A DNA stretch of 63,825 nt, counting the filler, from Diploschistes diacapsis (Eukaryota): assembly GCA_023645945.1 (NCBI GenBank). It is 10 parts of 10 records of this genome, joined end to end, with 100 filler letters (N's around TTAATTAATTAA, not from the genome) between each part and the next. Parts side by side here need not be neighbours in the genome. Positions count along the whole stretch, not along the records: positions 24,030 to 47,891 come from JALAIB010000252.1; 9 more parts are not named here. The stretch is one strand, 5' to 3'. Shown in pieces: positions 36,155-47,891 of this stretch. The position numbers and the translations under genes are program-made. The first letter of the stretch is position 1. Each line of letters opens with the position of its first letter. Under the pieces are notes generated by a model. The model had not been told where the DNA came from and made no database searches. It saw only the letters and a program-made list of their open reading frames with translations.

Positions 36155-36763
36155 TGTGGTTCAGAGGTTGAAAGGCCTACGGCTGAGCTGATTAGAGTTG
36201 TACGTTGGGAAATCGAATCCTAGCTGATGTAACTAGTCAGTTGGTCTGCCAAGGGGATGTAGTCCGTCGTGCTGTGGTCGAACGCCTGTGGGCATGTCGA
36301 TGTTATTTATCCTCGTCGCTGCCCTGCTCGGTCGTCGCGCCTTCGATGACGAGAGACTGACTTGGAGGCTTCGGCAACGCATCTCGACCAAGAGGGCTCA
36401 GTAGAGCGCCAATCTGACGAGTAAGAAGCTTCACTGTTGGTGCGCGAGTTCTCGGTGTGAAGCGGCCACCTGAACTCGAATACGGGCTCTTTGCTTTAAG
36501 CTTGGGAAGATATCTTACCCAGAGAATTCGAATATCAAGCAGCGGCAGCAGTGGCTGTAAAGAAAAACATTTACCGGTTACCATGTCCCGAATATTGTGA
36601 CTGGGAAATTGTAAAGCGTAAGCTAAAAACCATGACTCGGACAAACCGCCCCGGCACAGCGATCCTTGTATCCAAGGAAGCGGTTTACAGAGTGCAATGA
36701 TTTGTATCTTTGCCGTGAGCAGTGGCTGTGAGGGACCCCCTCAAACGCTTTATAAATAATATT

Positions 36764-36799
36764 TGTACGATTGTTTATACCTGTACGATTGTTTATACC
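36764..36799. repeat. Exact 18-bp tandem duplication TGTACGATTGTTTATACC x2
   Basis: Read directly, downstream of the lipase gene. Confidence 0.85.
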
Positions 36800-36915
36800 T
36801 GGAGTCGAACATTCCGTCTATGCTACAACAACAAGGGAATTAATTTAGCAATTAATACATAGTTTTTCCCCTCCTTCGAACCCCAAACCCACTCCGTCAC
36901 ACTCCGCTCCTCCAC

Positions 36916-38340
36916 CTAGTCCGGTATGTTGACAAGCTCCACCGTCACGTTCTGTATCGTGCACCCCATAGTCTGATACAGCTGCCCGTACGTCCCGCTC
37001 AGCACCGCGCTCAGAAACGCCAGCGCTCTTGGACCTCCGTTGAACGCCTCGGCCACGTGTCCGCCGACGGTATTCCTCTGGTACAGGATATTCGCGTCCA
37101 CACCACAGTACCGATTCACCAGCGCATCCGTGTCCGCGACCACCGAGATCTCGTCTGCAATGGCCTTGTACGCGAAGACCGGCATGGCCGGCGTGCCGTG
37201 GTATCCCATCTGCCCGTCCCTGTTCAGCAGGGTCGTGAGCACGGGGTTCTGCAGGATGGCGATGCCGGAGATAAAGTAGTCAAAGATGTTCTGGCCCACG
37301 TACGTGGTCACGTCTGCGGCCGAGGTCGCGTTGCGGGCGGCGAGGAAGGCGCTGGCGTTGTACTGGCCCGTGGGGCGCAGCTGGCTCAGGATGTACTGCT
37401 GCGCGGCGGGATCCTGGCTCGTGATTCCCAGGATGCCGTTGACGACCAGCTCGGCGAAGGGGGAGCCATTGATGGTCTCGGTGACGCTGGTGACGTTCGG
37501 GGTCAGTCCGCCGAGCGCGATGCCGGCAAAGGTCATCTCGGGGGCGTACTGCACGGCCAGCTCGGCAGCCCACTCGCTGGCCAGGGCGCCGCCGGAGTAG
37601 CCCCAGAGTGCGTACCTGGCGTTCGAGGACAGGCCGAAGCCGGAATTAAGGACTGCGCGGACGGAATCGATGGTCGCGTGGCCGGACTGCACGCCCGCAG
37701 TGAAAGATGCGAGCGGGCCCTCGTAGTCTGGGACATTGACATACCACCCGTAGCCCAAGGCAGTGGGAATGCTGGGATCGGATGCGGCGCCGTAGAAAGT
37801 ATAGCTGGGGCTCTGGTCGACGTTGGCGCTGTCGTCTAGGAAGTTTAAGTGAGCGGTGACCAAGTGACAATGCGGTGGGGCGGTTCAATGAGTGGAAGAG
37901 CAATAACACATGAGAGATGGTGGCGACTCACAGGGAATTTGATATGACAGTAGCGCCGAGCCTGGAGCCACTGTAGCGCTGTTGCCGGTCGAGTTCGAGG
38001 AAGCATTGCTAACTGTGAGGGGAATGAAAAGCGTGGTCACGGCCCAGGAGGGTTGATAATTGCTGTCTGTGGTTCGGTAGACGATGTTGTATACGGCAGA
38101 GCAATTGGCGAACACCGAGGGCAGTTCCGGTGCCTGGCGGATTCGGAGCACTGCGCCCGGTGCTGCCGTCCGGTAACCCGGAGGGGCCGTATAGAATGGG
38201 TCTTGGCTGGGCGGTAGGAGATTTGTTGCGGATTCCAAGAAGGCGCTTGCTTTTTTGTTTGCGGCCCAGCCATAGGCGGAGGTCAAAGAGAGGAGGCTGC
38301 TCACTGTCAAGAACGCGTAAAGGGCGAAGATTCGAGCCAT
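36916..38340 (-). CDS. Secretory lipase (LIP family), 2 exons (intron 37836-37931)
   Basis: Signal peptide, PPSQDPFYTAP, YRTTDS, LLSYQIPYDSA, PDYEGP, nucleophile WGYSGG, then DE and GGH. Confidence 0.93.
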
Positions 38341-39206
38341 TGGGCCAAGCCAGAGCAAAGAAGCGTGCTGACGGCTGTAGTTGTAGCGAGTGTTTGCAGG
38401 TTAAGCACGAATATATTATCTCATATATATATATTATACACTGGAAACCTATTGCGCGAGAGCTTAGAAGAAAGAAGAGCGATAGCGATCAAATCGAAGC
38501 TTTAGCCTTAAGCTTGATTACGTTGACTACTCGTCTTGCCTGTTCTAAGCGAAATGCGCAGCTCTTCCCCCAATTCAACTTCTACCTCCGCACTAAAAAC
38601 AGAGATTAGATTCTGCCCGCGGTCTGGCATTACGCGAGCCAGTCAAAGGCGAAGGAATACCACCATCCTGGCAAAGGGTCGTTGAAAGGCTATATATGCG
38701 GCCCTCTGCCGACGAAAACAACAACAAACAAGAAAAAAGCAACCTGTCTCGTTTCCGAGACTCCGGCCTCATATTAATCCACCGGACCCAGCCCCTACCT
38801 GAGGTACGTAGAAATAGCGCATCGACCCAATGTCGACTCTTGTTAGGGCAGCTGGAGAAGATTGCGACATCGCGGCTTGGTGGATCAAGGGCGTGAGGAT
38901 TGAAGGTGGATACGTTAACGTAAAAGATCAGAAACCTGCGCTGCGGAGTCTGATTGAGTCAGGGGGAGAGCGAGGCCAGGGGTTGTGCTCGACAAAGTTG
39001 TAAGAATTGAGGAGGCACCGGACGCACCGGTGGCGTATACGGCCAAAAGGAACCGACTGGCCACGGCTTGTGAGGCTTTGGGCATGGTCTAGCTAATTGC
39101 GGTAGCTGCAAAATCTGGCTACAGGCTAAGAGAATTTCACTGTGCATTGGAACATGTTACGATCGTGGGTCAGACAACCTTGTCCACGGGGAATTTAACA
39201 TCCATC

Positions 39207-40316
39207 TCATCCAAATGTGAGGTCATGGTTGTCGGATATGCTTCTCCTTTCTCTCCGTAGCGACGGCGACTTGGACTGGGCCCTCGAGCTCAACGAGCTC
39301 ACTACAGAGGATGGTCTGCGGACACTCGAAGCTCTGGAAAGATGCAGTGGCCCTGCATCGACTGGAATAACATCCTCGTCAAGATCCGGTGTGAATACGC
39401 GAGACGGCTGTGCAAACGGTACGCTTAGGTGTCGCGGAACTCCAACATCCACCAGAAGTGTCGTATCGGCGTCGAAGTTATTGTGCATCCTCCGTGGTTC
39501 CAAGGACACAGATCGTGACTTTGAGGCACTTTCACCCCTGGCACCAACGCCGGGCAGGTGCTGCCTGAAGCGCTCCCAAAACCATTCGCTGGGCTTCGTC
39601 TCGATGCCATCGACAAACACTACCACGCCTTCGCCTTTCGACTTGGCATTGTAGTGGCTCCAGTCCTTGTCCATGACCGTATCCTCCATACTGAGGCTGG
39701 CCCCAAGATCACCTAGCATGCTCGCCTTGGCTTTTATCGTGATAAGTGCTTGCTTGTCGCTGTTGACCCAGGCGTTGATGGAGCAGCCTGGAGCTGTGAA
39801 CGCCTTTGTGACGATCCACATACCATACTTCCTCAGGTGAGTACCAAATTCTCTGTCCAGCCGGTACCGGTTGTCCTCCAGCCAGCGCAGGAAGAGCGGT
39901 TCTTGGTGATAGGCCCTCAGCGTAACAGGATGCTTGGTGATGAGTACCGCTCCAAACTTGTTGCTCGACGCGTACTTGATGTGGGCGTCTGCTCCGCCAG
40001 CCACATTGTCAGGGGTATTTGCCGACGTATCGATTGCATGCTCCGTCACTCCCTGTGACGTCTTGGGCTGCCATCTAATATCCACCTCCGTGACCTTGAA
40101 TGGGCTCTCCACGAGGGGCGCGAAGCCTTTACGCTGTGCAAGTGGATCGTGGCTGATGCGCGTAATCAGGTTCCAGTCGCCGTTGCGGTCGAAAAAGCCG
40201 CAACAGGGCGGGACCAAGTCGTAAGAAGACACAGGCGTGAAGAGGGCCATGCCGGCGCCATGGTGGACCATACGCTCGGCATAGAGAGAATGGAGGTCAC
40301 GGTATGTCGAGGTCAT
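39207..40316 (-). CDS. Hypothetical protein (369 aa), possible gasdermin/MACPF-like beta domain with disordered tail
   Basis: Long intact ORF: GMALFTP..CGFFDRNGDW, FGAVLIT, MWIVTKAFTA, VVVFVDG, then a Ser/Arg-rich tail. The fold is an inference. Confidence 0.75.
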   Translation of the reverse strand: MTSTYRDLHSLYAERMVHHGAGMALFTPVSSYDLVPPCCGFFDRNGDWNLITRISHDPLAQRKGFAPLVESPFKVTEVDIRWQPKTSQGVTEHAIDTSANTPDNVAGGADAHIKYASSNKFGAVLITKHPVTLRAYHQEPLFLRWLEDNRYRLDREFGTHLRKYGMWIVTKAFTAPGCSINAWVNSDKQALITIKAKASMLGDLGASLSMEDTVMDKDWSHYNAKSKGEGVVVFVDGIETKPSEWFWERFRQHLPGVGARGESASKSRSVSLEPRRMHNNFDADTTLLVDVGVPRHLSVPFAQPSRVFTPDLDEDVIPVDAGPLHLSRASSVRRPSSVVSSLSSRAQSKSPSLRRERRSISDNHDLTFG

Positions 40317-42143
40317 TGCGATGATGCGAGTCTGCACTAGCTTGAAGATATGGAGTGGTTGGTATGGATCAAGAGCATAGGATGCTCCTCGAGTGGGTAA
40401 AGGCCATTTTGTCGTCGCGCGCATGTCGCACAGGAATGGCAACAAGGCTGTTCATTGTCGTTGTACCCGCTGCCTTGCCTGGTCATACGGGTTAAGAAAA
40501 GAAAGGGAGCTGAAATGCAGTGCTGCGCCTGATGCTACGCAGGCTGCAGTCCTGTAATGGACAGCTGACGGCGAGGTTCATGCAAACAATGAAACTGTGA
40601 AAAGGTCGAGTCCTACAGGGAGGTGCAGTGGGATTCTTTGACGATCGAATATGGCTAGACCCAGCGCATATCATCGGCATGTGGTTGTCCCGTTCCGTTT
40701 TTTGCTTACGTGGCCAGCTATCATCGGATTAGTTCCTTGACTCTTTTGATCTTTGTCCTTACCCTCACGTGGAAAGCAGTCGATGTTCTATTCCGGCCAG
40801 TACCATCGTTTCCATGATCATTGTGTTTCGCTCTTACAGTTCCTGTCGAGCCGAGAGAATCTTCTGTGTGTGCTCTTCTTAAGCACACCGTATACGCGCG
40901 ACCCATACCAGCTGAAGATGGCCATTGGGCTCTGCAGCCCGATCTTGAAGAGTGCTCATAACATCGATGGGCTGGGGACATGAATAGTCGCACGGCCGGT
41001 GGATGTGTCTTGAAGACATGTTCGAAATAAAGACATGAGCGTAGCTCTGGTCTATGCTATTCTTAATAGGCACATGGAGGTAAATGAGACTTATGAAGAT
41101 ACGTTACTGATCGCCCGGTGTTTCCTGAGTCTCTTATCATCATAGTTGCTGTCTTAACGTTGTGGTCTTGACCATATTTCATGCTATTCCCTTCGGCGCA
41201 GGCTCCATAAGAGAGTTCCGAGTATAGACCGACCCAGCAGAAGCCAGGGAGCATCCGGTGGGCGATGGGACAACTAACGTAAATAGAAAATCCTTCATCT
41301 ATACAATAACATATTCGAAACGTGTTCCATCTTTATGAACATGATCTTAACAATTCTGCATATCGTTTGGCATGTTGGGGAAAGTTGTTAGTAAACTGAT
41401 CACATAGACTTAAATATCACCTTAGTAACAGCCTCGATGGATTTATGTGCTGGCAGCAGGGTCATGTATAGTATGTTGGATTGATCCCTTTGGTATCTCA
41501 ATTGCCCATGCTGTAAGGCCTGACACTAGCCGACTTGACTACTTTAACAAAGCTTAGGTAGTGAGTATGACGGCCCTGACTTTGCAACCTTCAGAACCCA
41601 ACTCTGAGAGCAAAGCTGCACCTGCGTTGCATGTATGATCTGCATCAGGTCCCAGATGCGGTCAGCCACGTTGCTGTCGCAATATAATGTACATCAAACA
41701 TCGAGTTGCGCTTCTCGAGAGGTACGTTGCACGATCAAGTATGCTAGTAAGGACCGTCGCTGAACAATGCAGCCGCTTTGCGTGGCAGTCCTTCGTCAGC
41801 TTCCTTTGATGATGTCCAAAATATTTGCGGCTGAAACGCAAGGCCAGCCCTCCTTTCTGAAGACACTGACCAACGAACAGCAAGATGCTCTTGGGGGCCA
41901 TGTTCGCTCCCTCCAAGTCTGGTGTGTTCGAGTGAAACAGGAGGCTCGCCCTCTGAGTGATGTTACTTGCCTTGCAGGCATGCATTTACAGCCCGTCTGA
42001 AATAGTATATATATGAGATGCTTCATCCCTTCCACGTCACTGCCGTATAAACTAAGATAGAAATATTGAATTCACAGCCCATTGCACGGGCTCGCCTCAT
42101 TTAACGTCACTCCCTTTCAACTTGCCTATACTATCAAGCGAAC

Positions 42144-42842
42144 ATGCGAGCACAAACCCCAATCGTCCTCTCCGCTCTCTCCCTTGTTCTCTGCGCCAGT
42201 GCATCCTACTACGACGACGGCGTCTTCGACATATACGCCCGTCACGCTCTGGACGATCTCGACTTGTATGAGCGCGATCTCGACGCTGATGTCGACTTCC
42301 TCGAGGCCCGAGACGCTGGGGCTGATTTCGACGACGGTTTCGAGTACATCTACACTCGGGAGGCCGTACTCCAGGCCCCACAGGGCCACATAAACAAGGC
42401 TGAAGGATGTGCGAGAAAGGTAGGTGGCGTGTGCGTTGCCCATGCTTTTGGCCAGTTATCTGGGGAATACCCGCATGAGGGTTTCCCCCTCAAGCGTCAG
42501 CCGGTTGTTCGTCGCAGCTTCTACGACGAGGATGAGGTCCTCGACATGCTGTACTCGCGCTGGGCTCTCCCTGTGCCGCTTGATCCTGTTGCTCCAGGAA
42601 GTCAGCACTCTGGTACCTTGAAGCCGGCAGAGGGTCTTTCGGGAGGCATCAAAGGAGGAAGGAAGGGTAAAGGCAACAAGAACAAGAAATGCACAGTCTT
42701 TGTCAACGGCAAATGCCAGCAGCACCAAGGCGAGCCACCAGTTGCTGGCTCCCCGACGCCAGGCGACTCGGGCACATCGACGGACCCTAACGCGCCTGCG
42801 ACGACTACCCACACCAACGGATTTACTGTCGTCAATCAGTGA
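42144..42842 (+). CDS. Secreted two-module prepropeptide (232 aa) with two C-X7-C loops
   Basis: Signal peptide; acidic spacers ending IYAR, LYER, LEAR, IYTR, LYSR; KR/RR sites; loops CARKVGGVC and CTVFVNGKC. Confidence 0.82.
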   Translation: MRAQTPIVLSALSLVLCASASYYDDGVFDIYARHALDDLDLYERDLDADVDFLEARDAGADFDDGFEYIYTREAVLQAPQGHINKAEGCARKVGGVCVAHAFGQLSGEYPHEGFPLKRQPVVRRSFYDEDEVLDMLYSRWALPVPLDPVAPGSQHSGTLKPAEGLSGGIKGGRKGKGNKNKKCTVFVNGKCQQHQGEPPVAGSPTPGDSGTSTDPNAPATTTHTNGFTVVNQ

Positions 42843-43812
42843 TTCTAGGCTTGATTGAACGAACTATCGATTTGGCAGGGGTTTGGGTCACGAGCGTTGA
42901 TAGCCTGGATTCTCCTTGTGTGCAGACGCCTTTCATCTCTTCATTTCTCAAGTGTAGATTATCTGATTGGGGATACATCCAGAGCTCCATCAATACGCGA
43001 TGTTCAGGGCGCCCTGTTAGCCTGCCAGTAACCGATTTATGTCCTATCAAAGGTGCACACTCTTCTGGCAGTAAGCGGTATTGGTCACTGGTCGCCTAGT
43101 AGAGAGCCAAATCGTTACGCCGTTTGAGCGACCAACCCGAGGTAGCATTTCAGCCCACAATACGCTCCTTCGTTAGACTCTTTGCCCCAACTTCAAGTCA
43201 CAGTGAGAACCTTCCCAATATTTCAATTTCCCACGTCGATTCTCTAGTATTTCTTAGCCGTAGACATCGTCTCCAAGGCGCTGTCATGGTGGGCTGATGA
43301 CTTTCAGAGACGGTTCCGCGCCCGGCACGCAAGCGGAAACTTGACGGGCCGTGATGATCCCAACCATTGATCATACCCAATAACTAGTGTGCAGACAAAT
43401 TGTGGATGAGGTATCAGCACAAACAGGATCTTGCATACTAGCATTTAGGCATGGCTTTGGGTTTGGACACGCTACTGAAAGGGGGAGTACGGGTAGGAAT
43501 AAACAGAGCGTAGCTCGGAAGCCCGAGTACTCAAACATGTCAATCCGTCGACGATCGAAAATGTTACTTGATAGACGCTGCTTTTCCAGCAGGCGTTGAT
43601 GCGCAGTGTCTGCATACCCTCGAGGCAAGTGGCCATCAAAATGAGATCACCACGCAGTGTATGTCCCGAATCAGGCCAGCACAAAAGGGGAGCTTCCAAT
43701 GTGAATACATGTGACAAACGCTGGGCATCCCTACAGGATGAGGCGTGGTATTCTGTCTGTTGTCGTCCCTTTGAGCCCGCTCTAATGAACTTTCACCTGT
43801 TCCATATAATCA

Positions 43813-44385
43813 ATGCACCAGACTTCCAAAGGAACGATACAAAGCCCCGCTATCGTAGATCTATCTCCCAATTCTGCACCGTCCAAGTCAAGCTCTACCC
43901 TCGTACTTGACGAAAGCCTTCCACTTCTCACCTGTCCATCACAGCCAGCGCCTACTCCTACGACTCGGACTTCGACTCCACCCTCTGCCGTCACGACCTC
44001 GAAGACGCCTTCCACGGCCTCATCGTAGAGCGCGCAGCATACCCCAGCGCCTACGCCGAGCCCATGGAAGGCCAGTCAACAGTGGCCCTCTGCGACGCGC
44101 AACAACAGCGAGTACCCCAAAGCCTCTCGGGCCAAGGGCTCGGGTACAGGCGCAGGAGCGAGTGGGGGTACTGGCAAGAACAAGCCCAAGCGGCGGTCGT
44201 TGCCGGGTCAGGGAAGTGGACCAACAGTTGCTCGGCAGTCCCAGTCGTAAGGACCCGTGGCACAGTCGCGATCTCGGCGGAGGACAGATGCTTGGGCTGG
44301 TAGGCGGATGAAGTGCGGGTGAGCTGGACGAGGTGATTCTTGGGACGTTGCGGGGGACTTGAGCAGGACATGTATGCTAGTGAAT
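43813..44385 (+). pseudogene. Frameshifted remnant of another secreted acidic-propeptide precursor
   Basis: LSITASAYSYDSDFDSTLCRHDLEDAFHGLIVERAAYPSAYAEP in one frame; a signal-like STLVL..LPLL and cationic KASRAKGSGTGAGASGGTGKNKPKRR in another. Confidence 0.5.
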
Positions 44386-46429
44386 GTAGCAACGGTGCCG
44401 AAACTGGATATAATTTTAGAGGATGTGACAAGACCGGACTACTATCAACGCCATCTGGCTCTTTCCGCATTTCCGGGCGAACTTGTTTGCATTTCCCTAC
44501 AGAATCAGATGATACGGCAAACTGGGACCTCGACACACTGCTTGCAGTTGCTCTTCAGTAGGTTGCACATATTCTCCATCGATTGCATCTTCTTTTTAAA
44601 GCGGATCGTGGTTGGATTGCACTTCTTTGTTTCCAGGTATTGTAGTTCATCGGGTTCCAGTTCACTCGCCTCAGTTCATCACCTCTCCTGTGTCTTTTCT
44701 GAACCTCTTCGATCTCATCGGTTGCTGGTCCGGACCTTCCCAATCTACAAACAGCGATACATCTGTGCTATAGTAGTGAGAGGTTGGCGACGGTGGGCGA
44801 TCTTGGTTCAGATACATGGGCATGCCGTCAGCGAGTTAACGACAGAACAAAGAGAGCCGTTGTGGGAACTTAAATGCTTCCTGCCAAGTGAATTTAGGAT
44901 TTGTTTCAGGATCGACATTAGAGGTGGTACTTGGTTTTTAGATGTTATCGCGGTAAAAAAGGCGGAGATATCATCTACCGCCAAGTTTAGCCTATGCTCC
45001 TTGCGCTTACGCCTCATAAAAGCTGTGACTATGGAAACGCACCATGTATTTTACGAGAGTAATGCTTCGGGTTTAAGCTCTCTTAGTGCTCAGGATATAA
45101 GATTGAGTAACACGGGGTAGGCGTGGAAAAGAAAATATATCCATCGCAATTGAAAGACATCATCATCATTGATTCCCCGTTTCCCCTCATAGCTTTTACA
45201 TCAGCCTTCTTTTTTTCGAGTTGAGGGTACGGTACTTTTGTTTCTAGGTGCAATCTGTTTGGTTTTGTGTGCAATGTGTGAGTTTGAAGCTCATAACATT
45301 CGCATCGCAACGATCGGGCGACTTTCAGTCTTCTTGAACTATTCTATGCTATTTGAATAGCGTCTCGCAAGTTTCATGCAGGCAGGATTGTGGTTGGATG
45401 ATTATTGGATGCTAGTAGCCTTGGTAATAATCTCGGTCCTTTTGAAGGTTTATGAATTGATCAGACTTCTAGATGATATGCCTAGAAACAGGCATCCTTG
45501 AATACCATGGATTGAAACTCCGCTCTGGATCCCAACAGTCGCAACTGGAAGTCACCGTTGTTCATGATTGTTTGATTGTACGCCTTGCTCAAGAGAGAGT
45601 ACCACGGCTGAATCTCTCAGAATCTTTATGATAGGGGCTCTTAGTGTTATTGCCCATACCACCTCATCCATGAACCTGATGTGTCAATGTCAGCCGATTG
45701 AAATTCTTTGGGAGCGAGTCTCGCGAAGGCGGCTGCTTAAATCAGGACACCATCCATTTAAGCACAGGTTCATTCAATATTGTCGAGAATGATGTACTCA
45801 CTCTCTTTCCAATTGCCTCAATCGGCATTTGCAGACATTGCGACGTCGCAGAGTCGCTCTTTTCTGTTCTTCCCTAGCTGAAGCCTGCTCTGTGTCATCA
45901 GCACGATCAGAGTTGTATCGATTGCTCCACCCGTAAAGTAATTCTATACCACCACACTACCAGAGGCTGGGCCTGATCTGGAAGGATTACGTGTGGCTAA
46001 GTATCTGCAGGATAAAAGATTTCAATCTGAAAAGCTAAAGAAGAAACTAGCTATATGAATGAATCCTATTGTCAGCTGAAGCTGAATTACCCTAAGGACT
46101 TTATATACACTTGTTTTGCCGTAAAACTCCCTGGGCTTTCACAAGAATGAATCCCAAAATGACACTTCAAACACAGCCACACAGTGAAGCCACACCATAA
46201 TTTCCCACACAAGTATTGTTTCTCCACCTACTCCCCTAACTTTTGCAATCGTAGGTATTTTATTGCGATTGTAGCCTTTTCGTGGTTTTTCTTTTTGTCC
46301 GTAGCTTTCGACTGAGATATTGTCCGTTGAATGCCGAGTATGGTATGTCGAACGGGATAGCCGCTTAGCATTAAGCCAGGTTGCAAATGATTGGCATATT
46401 CGCTCCCCGTATCTCGTGGATTTGTTGGT

Positions 46430-47268
46430 TCATGCAGATGCAAATCCCCTGGCTTGCTGCACGATCCACTCGCTCAATTCCTCCGGATGGCTCAAGAAGG
46501 GGCTATGGCTTGCCTCAATGGACTTGACTGTCCATCCAACGCCACTGCCCTTGATCATCATTTCTTGGGCAATCGGAAGAATAGCCCTATCCTGCAGAGT
46601 ACTGCAGTACGACCTGCGGCCGTCATATATGGATCCTTCCACGCCGGAGTCGAAGCACTTGTCTTGAATGAAATCAGTGACTGGTTCTTCAGCTGCGATA
46701 TGGCTGTCTGATCTGCAGGTGCTTTAACATCGGCGTAGAGGATTGTCTTTGGATCAATGACCGAGAGCTGACCGCTTGCTTCCTGCGACCAAATTAGCGT
46801 CGACTGTAGAGCGCAAGAATACTTGACGAGGGTTCCACGTACATCAAGCTTGTGCCAGGGCTCGAGCACTTGGCCAGGAAGCTTGCTGATCAACGATTCG
46901 CCTTCCTGCGCGATAAATGCTGCAATGAAAATAATGCCGATAATCCCTCCAGACTGACCGGCAGCGCTGCGTTTCGCCTTGCTTAGACCTTCGGCCGCTG
47001 CTCCCGCAGGGCAACCCCCGTAAGAGTGCACCACAAGAACGATACCTTTGCCGGCATTGAGCTGTGGTAAGAGGACCATCTCCCTGATGGCCTCGACATC
47101 GGCGTGAACGTCTGCAGTGGTGGCATCTGTAGATCCAGTACTTGCGTTCTGCCGAGTAGCTGTCTCGTATCCTGCTTCTTCAAGTAGCTGTATAAGCTTG
47201 GCGTAATGGACGGGAGAATGGAATGCGCCCGGAACAAGAGCAAGAACCGGATTGACTGAGGTTGACAT
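46430..47268 (-). pseudogene. Alpha/beta hydrolase (methylesterase-like) with a frameshift near 46630
   Basis: LVPGAFH, VVHSYGG and an intron at about 46783-46842. After AWKDP the conserved YDGRRSY..QDRAI..ASHSPFLSHP continues in another frame. Confidence 0.8.
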
Positions 47269-47632
47269 CGTCTTTGGGTAAAAGCAAAGAATTTTCCCGA
47301 TGGTTCATTCCAGCTTCGAATTTTCGTAGCAATGAATGAACACGCTTTTAAGGAATGAACACAACAAGTTCAAACGGCGAGCCACCAAATATAAAGGCAA
47401 CCACATTCGGGCAGCTGCAGCCCACAAACACGGCAGAACAGTTATTCTGACCGAAATCTATTGATTCTTATATTAGCGTACCAAAGAAAAGTAAATACTT
47501 TAATTTTATATAAGACTATTATATATGTCGGAAGTAATAGAAGTTTCTTAATAAATAACAAGTGGTTAAGATATATTCTAGGCTAATCTCAACTAGGATT
47601 ATTGGATTATTGGATTAAATAAGCCAATAAAT

Positions 47633-47891
47633 TAGGCTAGCCGTTGCGTGCCACGGTCACTGACACGGACACTACCGCGAAAATTTTCTCGGCACGAATA
47701 CTTCTAAAGACACTACACTGCAGTAAAAGTACGGACACGGATACTATAATTAAAAATTTTAAAACACGGATATTTTCACGGATACTATATTATAATAAAA
47801 ACACGAACACGAATATTATAATTAAAAATTATAAAACACGGATATTTTTACGAAGATTATATTATAATAAATTTATCGAAATATTACCGTA
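47633..47891 (+). mobile_element. End of a hAT-like DNA transposon (TIR TAGGCT[G/A]GCCGT, subterminal ACACGG repeats), RIP-eroded
   Basis: The same 12-bp terminus and ACACGG arrays occur at 56602-56759 and 59677-59851. Confidence 0.65.

Noticed and set aside
32454..37839. Long overlapping antisense ORFs (e.g. 33608-34630, 37057-37839)
   Set aside because: Shadows of GC3-rich real genes on the opposite strand.
32396..38340. MFS + THN-reductase-like SDR + lipase as a secondary metabolite cluster
   Set aside because: No PKS, NRPS, terpene synthase or DUF3328 gene on the contig.
44555..45950. Possible decayed minus-strand gene, and the + strand ORF 44359-45120
   Set aside because: Many stops and no family signature; the + ORF looks like shadow sequence.
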